DNA of 64,000 bases from assembly GCA_002189035.1 (NCBI GenBank), contig NEEC01000009.1:2790001-2854000 (forward strand), in the 5' to 3' direction. The position numbers were made by a program, and so were the translations under genes. Of this stretch, positions 36,066-47,976 are shown piece after piece. The notes beneath the pieces are model-generated. The model was given only the letters and a program-made list of their open reading frames with translations. It was not told the origin of the DNA and searched no databases. The DNA is from Utricularia gibba. Its lineage: Eukaryota > Plantae > Magnoliophyta. How positions within the stretch are numbered: the first letter of the stretch is position 1; every line of letters starts with the position of its first letter.

Positions 36066-36807
36066 TCATCTTCTCCGGCAAGCTGCATCCTCTGTCCCTA
36101 AACCGGGTCAAGGCTCCGCTGTTTCCTCCGAATCGGGTCGCACCTTTTTAATCGGACCTTCCTTTTAAAAAATCAAAGCAGTCTACACTTCTGAATTCAT
36201 ATTCGCTTTTTGGGAGCTTTTTTTTTGTTTTTTCAAGTAATAAAATCATATTTATTTTAAAAAATAATCCGTAACGGTATATTACTGGCAAATAGAACAA
36301 TTTCTTTTTTAAAAAAAATAATTGTGATATATTATTGCCTGAAATTTAAAATTATTTTATATTTATGATGCTATAGTAAGCATCCCAATCCCCGATATTT
36401 TTACCAAACGTCAAAAAAGTAAATTAAATAATACATTTTTTTAGTAAATTAGATTTGAATTTTAAAAATGATGCATTTAAATTTAAGTATTTATAAGACA
36501 GATAAAAATATATTTTTATACGCAACATATTATTATATTAATACCATTTTTATGTTTTCCAAGAACATAATTCAGTAATCATTTTTTTTAGTAAATCTCA
36601 ATCAATATTTGAAAAAGTGATTAAAATGAATGTGCCTATATGACATTTTTTTCGAAGAAAATAATATAAAATTATGAAAATTAATCATTCATAATAAATA
36701 ATAATATATAAAAATAACGTTCCACATCAATAATATCATAGATGAGTAATAAATTCTAAAACTCTAACTACCCGGAGGTGTGGGGCCAGGCCGAGGCGAG
36801 ACAAGAG

Positions 36808-37177
36808 CACGTGCACGGGACGAACACGGCATCTTGTTGGGAGGATCCCTGGCCTGCCTAGACAACAACATTGGGCTGCCCTACTCCTTACCATAGCATG
36901 TCATTATTGAATTTATTTGTATTAAAAATTGAATAAACTACATTATTATCTTTGGTTTAGGAAATCACGTGTGCTTGTTTTATCCTTCAAACCAAAAAAT
37001 TCATTAAATAAATATTTTTCTTTCCTCACACCAGGAATTAATAATGTGATTAATCACGTGATGGATAAGCTTTGGGATAATCACGTGGGGTGGGGGTGGC
37101 ATGCACGTGGGCTATTCATTTCCTCATTTACTTGTCCAAGGGCAGCCCCCATCGTCCATCGTACACGTCCAGACGTG
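36808..37177. promoter_or_regulatory. G-box/ABRE cluster with I-box-like GATAAG
   Basis: CACGTG at 36808, 36966, 37055, 37082 and 37104; further ACGT cores near 37165 and 37173; GATAAG near 37064. Confidence 0.65.
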
Positions 37178-38348
37178 AGTATTGTGTTGTTTTACAGACT
37201 ACAGTCATGGGAATGGATTAGGGTTTCGGAAATGACGGCTCTTTGGGAAAGGCGCAACCCCTCGGCCTGCTCGGAGCTCTGAGACGACGGAAGGGATGAA
37301 TTCGATACTCGAAATAGTTGTAATCAGCAGCTTCCGCTGTGAATGAATGGTGAAGGAAGGCCCCTAGAGGAGTGATGGCGCGAAGCTAAAGCTAAACCTA
37401 GTCGTGGGTGGGGGGCTTTAAAGTCGAGGAGGGATTGGATTGGATGGTAAGCATGTGCAGAAAGTCCCCACCATAACGACGACGATTGCTTCTTCGTCAT
37501 GTCCACATTTATCTTCCTCGTTCGTTGGGCACTGCTGCGGAGACCCCAGAGCTCTTAAATGGCCGTGTCTGAGATCCCCCGCTCTTCCTTTTCCTTCCCC
37601 GTGTATGTGTGGCGTGATGCACAGTGCAGGCAGCTTGTAAATGATGGTGGAATTAGGGTTCCATCAGGCACAGCTGCTGCGGGCAAACCAGATGACTTCC
37701 TGCTCCTGTAAATGTGTCACTGCTTTTAACAGTCGGTCAAACCAAGCAAAAAGATGATTAACACATGTCATCCTCATGGAGTGGGAACAGCAGAAGGAGG
37801 AGGAGATTCCCATCTTGATTACCAGCACTTTCTCCAGGCTCTCCTCTGGGTGGGTGGGTAGCATTTAACAAGAAATTGGACCCCTTTTACTCATACAGCT
37901 TCTTCTGTAAATTCTCTTTGGAACCCTATTCACACCTTTGATCCCACCTCAAATTTCATGGATTAGGTGTTTGGAAGTTAAGGTTTAGGGTCAAATTTTG
38001 GAAGAGATTCTAGCTTTATAAAAAAATATTCAAAAAGTGGTTTTATAATTAAATCAAATGTTATAATCCATCATTTATTTGCATGATATTATCTACAATG
38101 AATATCCAAATACTCCATTTTGAAAAAAAAAAACTTCATATAAAATTAAATTAAATGAATAAAATCTAAACAATTCCTTCATATAAAAAATTGTAGTAAT
38201 GAACAAAGAGAATTGTAGGGTTTTTTTTTTTAGTTTTGGATCTTTAAAAATATTTTTTGAGAAGTTTTTTTAATAAAATAAAATTGTAAATTGAATTTCA
38301 TTAAAAATAAACAATATTTTTAAATTTCCGAAGAAATGGGTGGATAAA

Positions 38349-38388
38349 TGGGCCGCTCTGATGGACATCCTTGTTGGCCCATTGGGCC
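38349..38388 (+). promoter_or_regulatory. Site II cluster in the kelch gene promoter
   Basis: TGGGCC 38349-38354, GGCCCA 38376-38381, TGGGCC 38383-38388, about 100 nt upstream of the ATG. Confidence 0.55.
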
Positions 38389-38488
38389 GGACTCACAACA
38401 TCTGCTGTTCGTTGCTGATATATAGCTCACGCTTCATGCCGGCGGAGGACGTTTAATTCGCCGGGAGTCGCTGCGTGGGATACGGAGT

Positions 38489-41400
38489 ATGGGGAAGAAG
38501 ACGAAGAAACCCGGTAAGGGGAAAGAGAAGACTGAAAAGAAAACTGCGAAAGCGGAGGAGAAAAGGGCTAGGCGCGAGTCCAAGAAACTTTCACCTGAAG
38601 ACGACATTGAAGCTATTCTGGTATTGTACCGGGAATCTATGCCTAGGTTCTCAGTTTGAAAGTACAATGTAAAGGGCGAGCCTTTACGCGTGTTTTGCAA
38701 CCCAAGAACTTATAGGTTGGCGCGATTTTTTGCTCCGCCGTTGTTGCATACAGGTAAGCATACAGAAAGAGGAGGCGAAGAAGAAGGAAGTTCACATTGA
38801 AAAGAATGCCCCTGCGCCATCTCCAAGGTCAAATTGTTCGGTATAATTGCTTTTTGTTTTTGCAAGACACACCATGGCGTACTTTGCGCTTGTTATCCTG
38901 TGTCATTATCATATTTAAGTTTGCTATTGTTTTGATCATTGTAGCTAACTATTAATCCTTTGAAAGAGACGGAGTTAATTCTCTATGGAGGTGAATATTA
39001 CAACGGGAACAAGGTTTGTTTGATTGGTCTCCCAGTTTCAGACTGTTTTTTTCGTACGAAATTGGCAACTTGATTAATTCAAGAGACCATGTTACTTCAA
39101 TGATCCAGATGTTTGTTCTTTTGGGAAATGGTCTTATTGAAATGGCAAGCATCTCCTGATGTGGATCCGTGGTCCATTCCTCACAAGATGCTTGCTGTAG
39201 TTATCATGTAACTTAGGAAAGAACCCATTAACATGTTTTTTTTTGCCGTCCTTTATTTCTTGTCTCACTTGAGCATTTCTAATGTTGATTAGACATTCGT
39301 GTATGGTGATCTTTATCGGTATGATGTCGAGAAGAAAGAGTGGACATTTATTTCGAGTCCCAATAGTCCCCCTCCCCGAAGTGCTCACCAGGCAGTTGTT
39401 TGGAAGAGCAATCTATACATTTATGGTAAAGTGTGTTGTGAATCACATTCAATATCATGGCGTACTGAAGTGTGTTTTTAATCTTTGCTTGTGGTTAGGT
39501 GGCGAATTCACATCTCCCAATCAAGAGCGATTTCACCATTACAAGGTGTAGGGCACTTGCAGTTAGAGTGATTGCTCTGCCTAGTTAATAAACTAATTAG
39601 TAGACTATGTCTGTAGGACTTCTGGATGCTAGATTTGAAAACTAATCAGTGGGAGCAACTGAGTTATAAAGGTTGTCCTAGTCCGCGTTCAGGTCACAGA
39701 ATGGTAAGGCCAAATTTGCTGCTGCAAAATGTGAATTACTGCTGTTTTGTAATTTGAAAATATTCCAATCAGGTATCTTCTCAATGCTTTTCAGGTTCTT
39801 TATAAGCACAAGATAATCATCTTTGGAGGCTTTTATGACACCCTTAGAGAAGTGAGGTGTTATGCTGCACCATTGCTGTTTTAGATATTTTTTTTAAGGA
39901 GATCCATTGGTTTATGCTCCTATGGATATCACTAATGCTGCTCGATGATATACGGTCTATTTTCTGCATTCTTATTGTTCCTTGGGATGCAGGTACTACA
40001 ATGATTTGCATGTTTTTGATCTAGACCAGTTTAAGGTAATGCACAGCAAGCAGTTTCTTCTATGTTTAGTTGAATGTCTGTGCTAGTGCTTCTTCATTTT
40101 ATAACTTCTAGAGTTAGGTAACAACCTTCATTATTGTAGTGGCAAGAGATCAAATGTAAACCAGGTGCTATGTGGCCAACTCCTCGAAGTGGATTTCAGT
40201 TTTTTGTCTACCAAGATCAGGTCTGTCGATGCATGTGACCTTTCCTTTTCAAGTATTAGCATTGAGATACATTATGTATTTCATTTTGTCTTATGCTTGA
40301 TGGGATTCAGAGTGCATGAATTCAATCTGAATAGCTAACAATTTTCTAATCTGTTAAATGATAGATTTTTTTATATGGAGGTTACTCGAAAGCACCCTCG
40401 TTATCAGATAAGGTATCAGAAAAAGGAGTTGTTCATTCTGACATGTGGCGACTTGACCCTACAAACTGGGAATGGAATAAGGTTTTTTTTTTTTTGGCTG
40501 TGTCTTCAATTTTCAGGATGCTAATCCAGGGTGTAGTTGTCATGCCAATACAATTTGAATTCCTGGTCTTTACATGCAATAGCCATGCCAGTTTTTTTCT
40601 TCCAACAACTCTTGATGTTTTCCAGCTGTATGACTCTTTACTGAACTCTCAAACTTTCAATTGGACATGGGTGGCCTGAAAAATACCAGCTCGTTGCTGA
40701 ATTAGCTTTCTAAATTCAAGAAAGTCAGGCTTTCTTATTTTGTTGCTCTCCATGATGAGATCACCATTGGACTTATCTTGCTTTTTTTTTTAGTTTTGTT
40801 TTTAATCTTATGATTAAAAATTATTCGAAATGGTGCAGCAAATGATTGTGTTATCATACCATACCATGCGATCTGATGAAAATCTTTATAATAATAATGC
40901 TGATGATGATACATCATCATAGTCAATATTTCATATTTTGTGGTACACGAATGATAGTGTATGGACAGTTGATGAGATTTCTTACTTATTTGGATCGTTA
41001 AGGCTTTTATTTAGTCTTTTCTGTAAAACGTTTCCCTTTAATGACACCTTTCATTATTGATTTTTATGCAAAAGGTAAAGAAGAGTGGTATGCCTCCAGG
41101 ACCCCGTGCTGGGTTTTCTATGTGTGTCAATAAAGGGAGGGCCTTGCTCTTTGGAGGTGTAGTGGATATGGAAATGGAAGGTAGAACTTTTCTTGATGAT
41201 TGAGTTTATAACTGAATGAGGGTTTTTTGTGCTCTTTATCTATAAACGAGATCTAGTGTTTCTATTCTCCGGCTGCGATTGTTGAATTCTTTAACATGCG
41301 TTTTGGTCATTTTACTGGATTTCATTCTTTCTGCAGGCGACTTAATGAGCTTGTTTCTGAATGAACTCTATGGATTCCAGTTAGACAGTTGGCGATGGTA

Positions 41401-43146
41401 ACTTTCTTTTTCCACACCTCAATGGGTTTTATAATGACTAAGTCACACTCATAGTTACTGTATGCAGGTATCCATTGGAATTACGAAAAGAGAAGGGAGC
41501 AAAATACAAGGTAATATCAAGTATACTCTCCAACTCAATGAACTATTGGACTGACCATTGTTACACAAATTCATCTGCTGCTATTAGCCTGAGATATCAA
41601 TTTGTTTATCGAAACTTGTTGTAATACTCTTTTTGGATCAACCAGTTTCTGGAGTTGATTGATTACAGTTCCCCGGATTGGCTGTGTAGGTAAAATGGGA
41701 TTCTGGAAAGAAAGACATTGGTATAGATTCAGATAGAACAATGAAAGATGTTGACCAGAAACATAACGATTTTTCTGATGGGGACGACGATTCTGATGAT
41801 GATGTTCTCCTGAGAGTGATGTAGAAAAAGTCTCTGTGAATTTAAACAATAAAGCTAAAATCAGTACCAGTGAAGAGCCTTCGAGTTGTGGAAAGGCATT
41901 TGCCGTGCAAGACTCTGGTCTGTCAGAGGTTTGCTCATAGATCCCTTTTTTTTCAATGCACTGATCTTGTTGGATCCGTCATGATATGTGGGTCTACGCC
42001 ATGCGCAGGTGGTTAAACCCTGTGGACGAATTAATTCTTGTATGGTCGCTGGTAAAGATACACTGTATCTCTATGGTGGTATGCTGGAATTTAAAGACAG
42101 GGAAATCACACTTGATGATCTATATTCACTGAACCTCAGCAAACTGGACGAGTGGAAATGCATTATTCCAGTTCAGTGCTTTCCAAATTGTCTGAAAGCA
42201 ATGACTTTTAAACAATTTAAATTTTTCCTGTGTATTTACTAACTGGCTGTTTGTTATACAGGCATCAGAGCCAGAGTGGCTTGAGCCCTCGGATGATGAA
42301 GGTGAGGATGAAGATGAAGAGGAAGAGGACCATACAGAAGAGTCCGGTGATGAAGATGAAAGTGAGGAAGAGCCCGGTGACGAAAGCGATGAATTAAAGG
42401 TTTTCCCTGTTCAATAGAAGTCATTGACCCACATAGTGAGCTTACTTTGTCCTAGATTTTCATCATCCTTTTCTGGGTGGTCTTTGAAGGCTCAAAATAG
42501 TGAGGGTTCCTCGCTGCAAATGGGAGATTCCGTGGCTATTCTTCGTGGGGATAAGAAAAATCTCAGAAGGAAAGAGAAGCAGCTCAGAGTGGAGCAAATT
42601 AGGGTCACCCTGGGACTGTCTGATTCTCAGAGAACACCATTGGTAATATAAACTGCACAAGCACCCCCCTGTCCATCTGTGTTTTCTCAATCAACAATCT
42701 TTTTCCGAACAGCCTGGAGAATCACTTAGAGACTTCTATAAACGCACAAACAGCTACTGGCAGATGGCAGCATATGAACACACACAACACACCGGAAAGG
42801 TTAGCTTCCCTTTCCATCACACTCTGTGGGATCTTGAAACACCGGCATTGCTGCTCCTCATTGTATTGTTCCTTGTTGTTCCATTGAAGGAACTGCGAAA
42901 GGACGGATTTGATCTCGCCAAGGCTAGATACATGGAGCTCAAACCTGTACTTGATGAGGTAACCATTTCCTGCTTGACCCCAAATAAGATTCTGCAATCC
43001 CCATGCTGATTTTTCTGTGGCATTCTTTCCATCAGTTGGCCATCTTAGAGGCAGAGCAAAGAGCAGAAGAGGAGGCATCTGCTTCTGCTCTTGAGGGCAG
43101 TAGCACCAAGAAGGGCAAGCCACTCTCAGCAGGCAATAGAAAATAA
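38489..43146 (+). CDS. KLHDC4: Kelch domain-containing protein 4-like with DUF4110-type C-terminus, about 18 exons, apparent 1-bp deletion at 41805-41806
   Basis: Starts MGKKTKKPGKGKEK...; kelch blades PSPRSNCS, ELILYGGEYYNG, PPPRSAHQA, PSPRSGHRM, PGPRAGFSM, PCGRINSCM; acidic tract; PGESLRDFYKRTNSYWQ...ELRKDGFDLA. Confidence 0.9.
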
Positions 43147-43610
43147 ACACAATCAATAGCCCTGCGGTATTTAAACTCAGAGACTTGATCAGTCTCAGTG
43201 GCTGCTGTGTGTGGATCATGGATAGTTTTGTATCGATTAAATCAAAAAATAATTTTTTTAAAATATTTTAAAATATAATTTAATTTCGAAAAATAAATTT
43301 AATGTACATTTTCTTTGGGTGCATGTAACACATTGTAGGGATATTTTATTCCAGGAAGGGAAATTTTGATAATTTTCTGTGAATATTTTAAAAAAGTATG
43401 AAATACATTATATTTGTAACCACAAACATCGTCTTTGTTTAAAAATAAAATAAAATAAATTTTTGATGAAAAATAGGGACCGTGTGTTGATGCTGGTTCG
43501 TGGCTAAGAATGAATATCCGGTGGATAATGGTGGATGTTGGTGATCTCCTTCTCCTGTCCACGGCATGGAACTGAAATCGTGAGGTTCCAATTGCCCAAA
43601 AGAAACTATT

Positions 43611-46600
43611 ATGCAGTCTCTGGTTTCGCCGTCTCCGGGGGTTGGCTGCTGCACTTCAACAATGAGGCTCAATGTGTTGGCGAACCGCAACTCCTTTTTT
43701 CAGTTTCAAAAAGCTTCTGATACTTCAATAACTCGTTTTGGGTCAGTAGCTTTCACTCACCCCGTTGCTAGTACTTCACTGGGATATGTGAGATGTGGAG
43801 TAAGAGTTGCTGCTGCTTCTTTGCAAGGTCACTCTCATTTCAGAAAAGAGTTGCGATATTCAGATGCATGAAAAAGTTATGGGCTTGTGGTATAATATAT
43901 GCCACCTTGCAAGTGTGGAGTTTATATGTGTGTTCTTTGGTTGCAGCTGCTACTGTTTCAGAGAAATCAACTCAGACAGCTGCGAAGGATGTTTTGAAAG
44001 CTTTGTCTCAGATAATTGATCCAGATTTTGGTACTGACATAGTCTCTTGTGGTTTCGTAAAGGATCTCAATGCTTGCAATGATTCAGGAGAGGTATCCTA
44101 AGACGAAATTTTCCCTTTATTGGATCTTCATAAAACCATCTTCTCATCCAGGATTGGAAGCCTTTGTGATCTCAGGTTTCTTTTAGATTGGAACTTACAA
44201 CACCAGCATGTCCCGTGAAAGATATGGTAAACGGATGATCTTAACCATGATATTGTTTTCAAGATAATTTGTTCACTTCTTAGTTAGTGAAATATGATCC
44301 ATCCATCAGCTAAATTTTGCAGTTCGAGCAAAAGGCTAACGAAGTCGTTGCAGCACTCCCATGGGTTAAAACGGTGAAGGTAACAATGTCTGCTCAGCCT
44401 GCAAGACCTGTTTATGATGAAAAACTTCCACCAGGCCTTCAAAAAATTTCAAACATAGTCGCGGTTTCAAGTTGCAAGGTACCATATTGTACACTCGTTC
44501 TATTATGATAGGAAGTTTCAAAGATCTTTTAGTGAACAATGCTTTTTTGGCAATCTCAAGTCATTTTAGCCTATAATTACAGGGAGGGGTCGGAAAATCA
44601 ACTGTTGCAGTGAACCTTGCCTATACTCTGGCTGGTATGGGTGCAAGAGTTGGTCTCTTCGATGCAGATATATATGGTCCTAGTTTGCCAACCATGGTGT
44701 CTCCAGAAAACCGGTTTCTTGAAATGGTAGCTTCTCGTTTTAAGGGGATTAGTCCTAGCCTCATTATCACCTTTTCAAGCTGGTATTTGAAATTGATCTT
44801 GTAGAACCCTGAAAAGCGAACCATCATTCCCACTGAGTACATGGGAGTCAAACTTGTATCTTTCGGGTTTGCTGGACAAGGCCGTGCAATAATGAGGGGA
44901 CCTATGGTTTCAGGAGTCATCAATCAGCTATTGACCACTAGCGAATGGTGCATTGTATTACCTGACTCAATAATGTTATGCTAGCTAGATTTTTCCAGCA
45001 TTAACAATGACTGTTTGTGCATTGTAATATGACAGGGGTGAACTTGACTACCTAGTCATAGATATGCCCCCTGGAACTGGTGATATTCAGCTTACACTGT
45101 GTCAGGTTTTGTGTCTCTTACAACTAGCTTACTCTAGTCATTATTATACTATTTCATATAAGTCAATCTTATGATTATGCTGCCATGTTTTAATTTTCAG
45201 ATTGTCCCATTAAATGCTGCTGTTATAGTCACGACTCCGCAGAAGCTAGCATTCATAGATGTAGCAAAAGGAGTTCGAATGTTTTCCAAGCTGAAGGCAT
45301 GCTTTCTAAATCTTCTTTCACTATTATTCTCCCTCAAAATTTATTGTCACTGCTACAATCAAGCTACGAAAAAAACAGGATGATGGCTTTATGCCTTCGA
45401 TTTTTAGATTTTATTCTGATATTGAATCTTCAACAGGTGCCATGTGTTGCAGTAGTTGAGAACATGTGCCACTTCGATGCCGATGGGAAACGCTACTACC
45501 CATTTGGAAGAGGTTCAGGTTCTCAGGTTTTGAATTTATCCAGTATCTAGTGTAGTTGATCATGGCACATCATTGAGTTTATCCAATATCAGTTTTCAGC
45601 AGATTTAACTTTTTCTGTAACATTGATGTATTTGCAGGTGGTTCAGGAATTTGGCATTCCTCATCTATATGAGCTGCCTATTAGACCAAGTGTGAGTTCC
45701 TCAGTTTTGTGCCTGTTTCCTCATACATAGTAACAAGTGAAGAAATGTACTTGCTGTTTCAATTAAATACTGCACGACATGATGATATTTCTACCTTTTT
45801 GTTAACAAGTATCATAATTCTTGGATGTCATGTGAAGCTCCATATAGCTGATGACTCACTCGTTTGATACAAACCATGACAGTTATCGGTGTCAGGAGAT
45901 AGTGGTGTACCTGAAGTTGTTGCAGATCCTCAAGGTGAAGTATCCAAAACATTTCAGGAACTGGGTGTTTGTGTAGTGCAACAGTGTGCCAAGATCCGCC
46001 AGCAAGGTGCGTGTCCATGGTTCTGATACAGGACTCAACCCCAACCTCATCCTCAATTGCATCTTTGATATCCTCCATCTGCACCAGTTGTTGAATCATT
46101 TGCTTTGGATGGATTGTAGTTTCCACAGCAGTAACCTATGATGCGTCCCTCAAGGCAATTAGAGTCAAAGTTCCAAGCTCAGATGAAGAGTTCTTCTTGC
46201 ACCCTGCAACCGTGAGACGCAATGACCGGTCTGCAGAAAGTGTGGTATGTTAATGCATGAAAAGAAAAGAAACACCTCCTTGTACTACACCTTCAGTGCC
46301 TTGCTGCTATTGCATCCATCAGTCCTGCATAGTGCAAAACTCATGGCTGCTTTTCCAAAACAGGATGAATGGACTGGTGAACAGAGACTCAAATACGGAG
46401 ATGTGCCTGAGGATATTGAACCAGAAGACATACGGCCAATGGGAAACTATGCTGTGTCCATAACTTGGCCTGATGGCTTCAACCAGGTACTCAGCAGGAT
46501 CCATGTTTTGGTGCTTGGAGGCCATTCCTCATGCTGCAACCTCTTACTACTATCTTCATGCCATTCTCTTTGCTTCTGTGTTCCATCTGTGCTGTACATG

Positions 46601-46708
46601 ATGCTAGCTTCTGTGTTCATATCATCCGTTTCGCAGATCGCCCCGTATGATCAGCTCGAGACGATGGAGCGTCTGGTTGATGTTCCTGAAGTGCAGTTTC
46701 ATCAGTAA
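43611..46708 (+). CDS. HCF101: Chloroplast Fe-S cluster assembly factor HCF101 (Mrp/NBP35 P-loop NTPase), 14 exons
   Basis: Transit peptide; [19 protein letters not shown]; SSCKGGVGKST; [10 protein letters not shown]; [18 protein letters not shown]; [11 protein letters not shown]; C-terminal [16 protein letters not shown]. One GC-AG intron at 45297-45436. Confidence 0.95.
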
Positions 46709-47976
46709 AACCACACACTTGTGTTTGATTCTGCATTCAAGCCAAGGTTTTCTTATCGTTCACAAGGCATCTGCAGTGTATGTGGATAGATAGAGTTCCT
46801 TCATGGCATCTTTTAGAAAGCAGATCTCAGAAGGGCTTTTCTCCCAATCTGTGTATTTTATTAATTAAATATTATTTTCGGGTATTTGTTAACAAATATT
46901 TAAAAAATATATTGTCAAATAAAGTTGGATAATAAATTGGAGAAATTTTAATACGAAAAATGATAATAAAAATGTATATATTTATCGTAAAAATGAGAAA
47001 AATGTAAAATTTTTAATATTTATAGAAATAAAAAAATAAAAAGAAGCGTAGCGATTGGCGGTAGGCCTACCAAATAATTATTGCAACGGAAACCTATATA
47101 TACACGAAAAATGAAAAAAAAAAAGGAAAGAAGATGGTACGGAACAGCCACCTCTCCTCTTGGAAGTCCGAAGGCATCTTCACGGATTTCTTGGCTAGAT
47201 TGGATCAATCGCAAGCTGAGCATGGATCGATGTTTTAGGCCGAAGTTGTGTCGGTTTCGGCGGTGCTGTTGATCTGAAAAGACGCGGTTGACAAGAATCA
47301 CCCTTCCAAGTGTGGGACCCTGTGAAGGTATCAATCGATTGGATTCATGGACTCAGTTCCTTGAAGCTCTTCGAATCGTAATTGTGTTTATTCGCCGTAG
47401 GTTTTTGATTGTGACTGGTCTGTTGCTGTTGAAAGTAGGTTGGCATTGTTCCATTGGGGGAAGAGTTTACTCTTGAGAGTGCTGGTATTCCATTATTTAG
47501 GTTGGTTTTTTTTTTTTTTTTTAATTTCCACGTGGGAAGAGCTGTGTAGGAGAGTGACTTTGGTTTGTAAATTTGATTTACTGAATCTGTGGTTTCCCTT
47601 TGGAACGTTAAGCATTTTGGTAATGGGTGAAATATTGTTGGAAGTGGTCTTCTTTTATTCTGTTCTTGAAACAGGACTTTAGTAATCAGTTCTAACAAAA
47701 TATGTGGTAAAGATGCAATCTTTGTTTCTGTTGGGATTGTAGAGCATGAAACTTCTTTCGTGAAACCCAATCTGGTTGACAATGGACCGCGAGAGTACGG
47801 TCTATGTTTTTTGTGAGACACGTGAGATGACCACAAGATCCAGTAACCATAATGTGGGTCGCTCGTTGTTGTGTTAACATGATCCTTTTTGCCTTAACGT
47901 TTTTTTTTTTTTCCATTCTAGCTTTTCTGATACCTTTTTTTTTTTGAGTTTTTTTGACTTACGGTTGGTGGTCAGG

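Noticed and set aside
36793-36816. Partial miR164 similarity (GCACGTGCA)
   Set aside because: Only the 3' nine bases match; it is explained by a G-box and has no star arm.
37215-37400. Telomere-like words (TAGGGTTT, CTAAACCT) suggesting a telomerase RNA template
   Set aside because: I found no USE (TCCCACATCG) plus TATA Pol III promoter at the right spacing. A single telo-box is common near plant transcription starts.
37440-37620. Minus-strand peptide LRALGSPQQC...KCGHDEEAIVV, faintly like the EPFL motif LRAQIGSRPPRC...CGHCEAI
   Set aside because: The Cys spacing is wrong, there is no NYKP...WKCKC tail, and no in-frame signal peptide or ATG.
44093-44176. HCF101 intron starting GTATCCTA, and GTATCCTT at 48381, as possible U12 introns
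   Set aside because: The first deviates from GTATCCTT and lacks a properly placed TCCTTAAC branch site. The second lies inside a normal GT-AG intron and is not needed for the frame.
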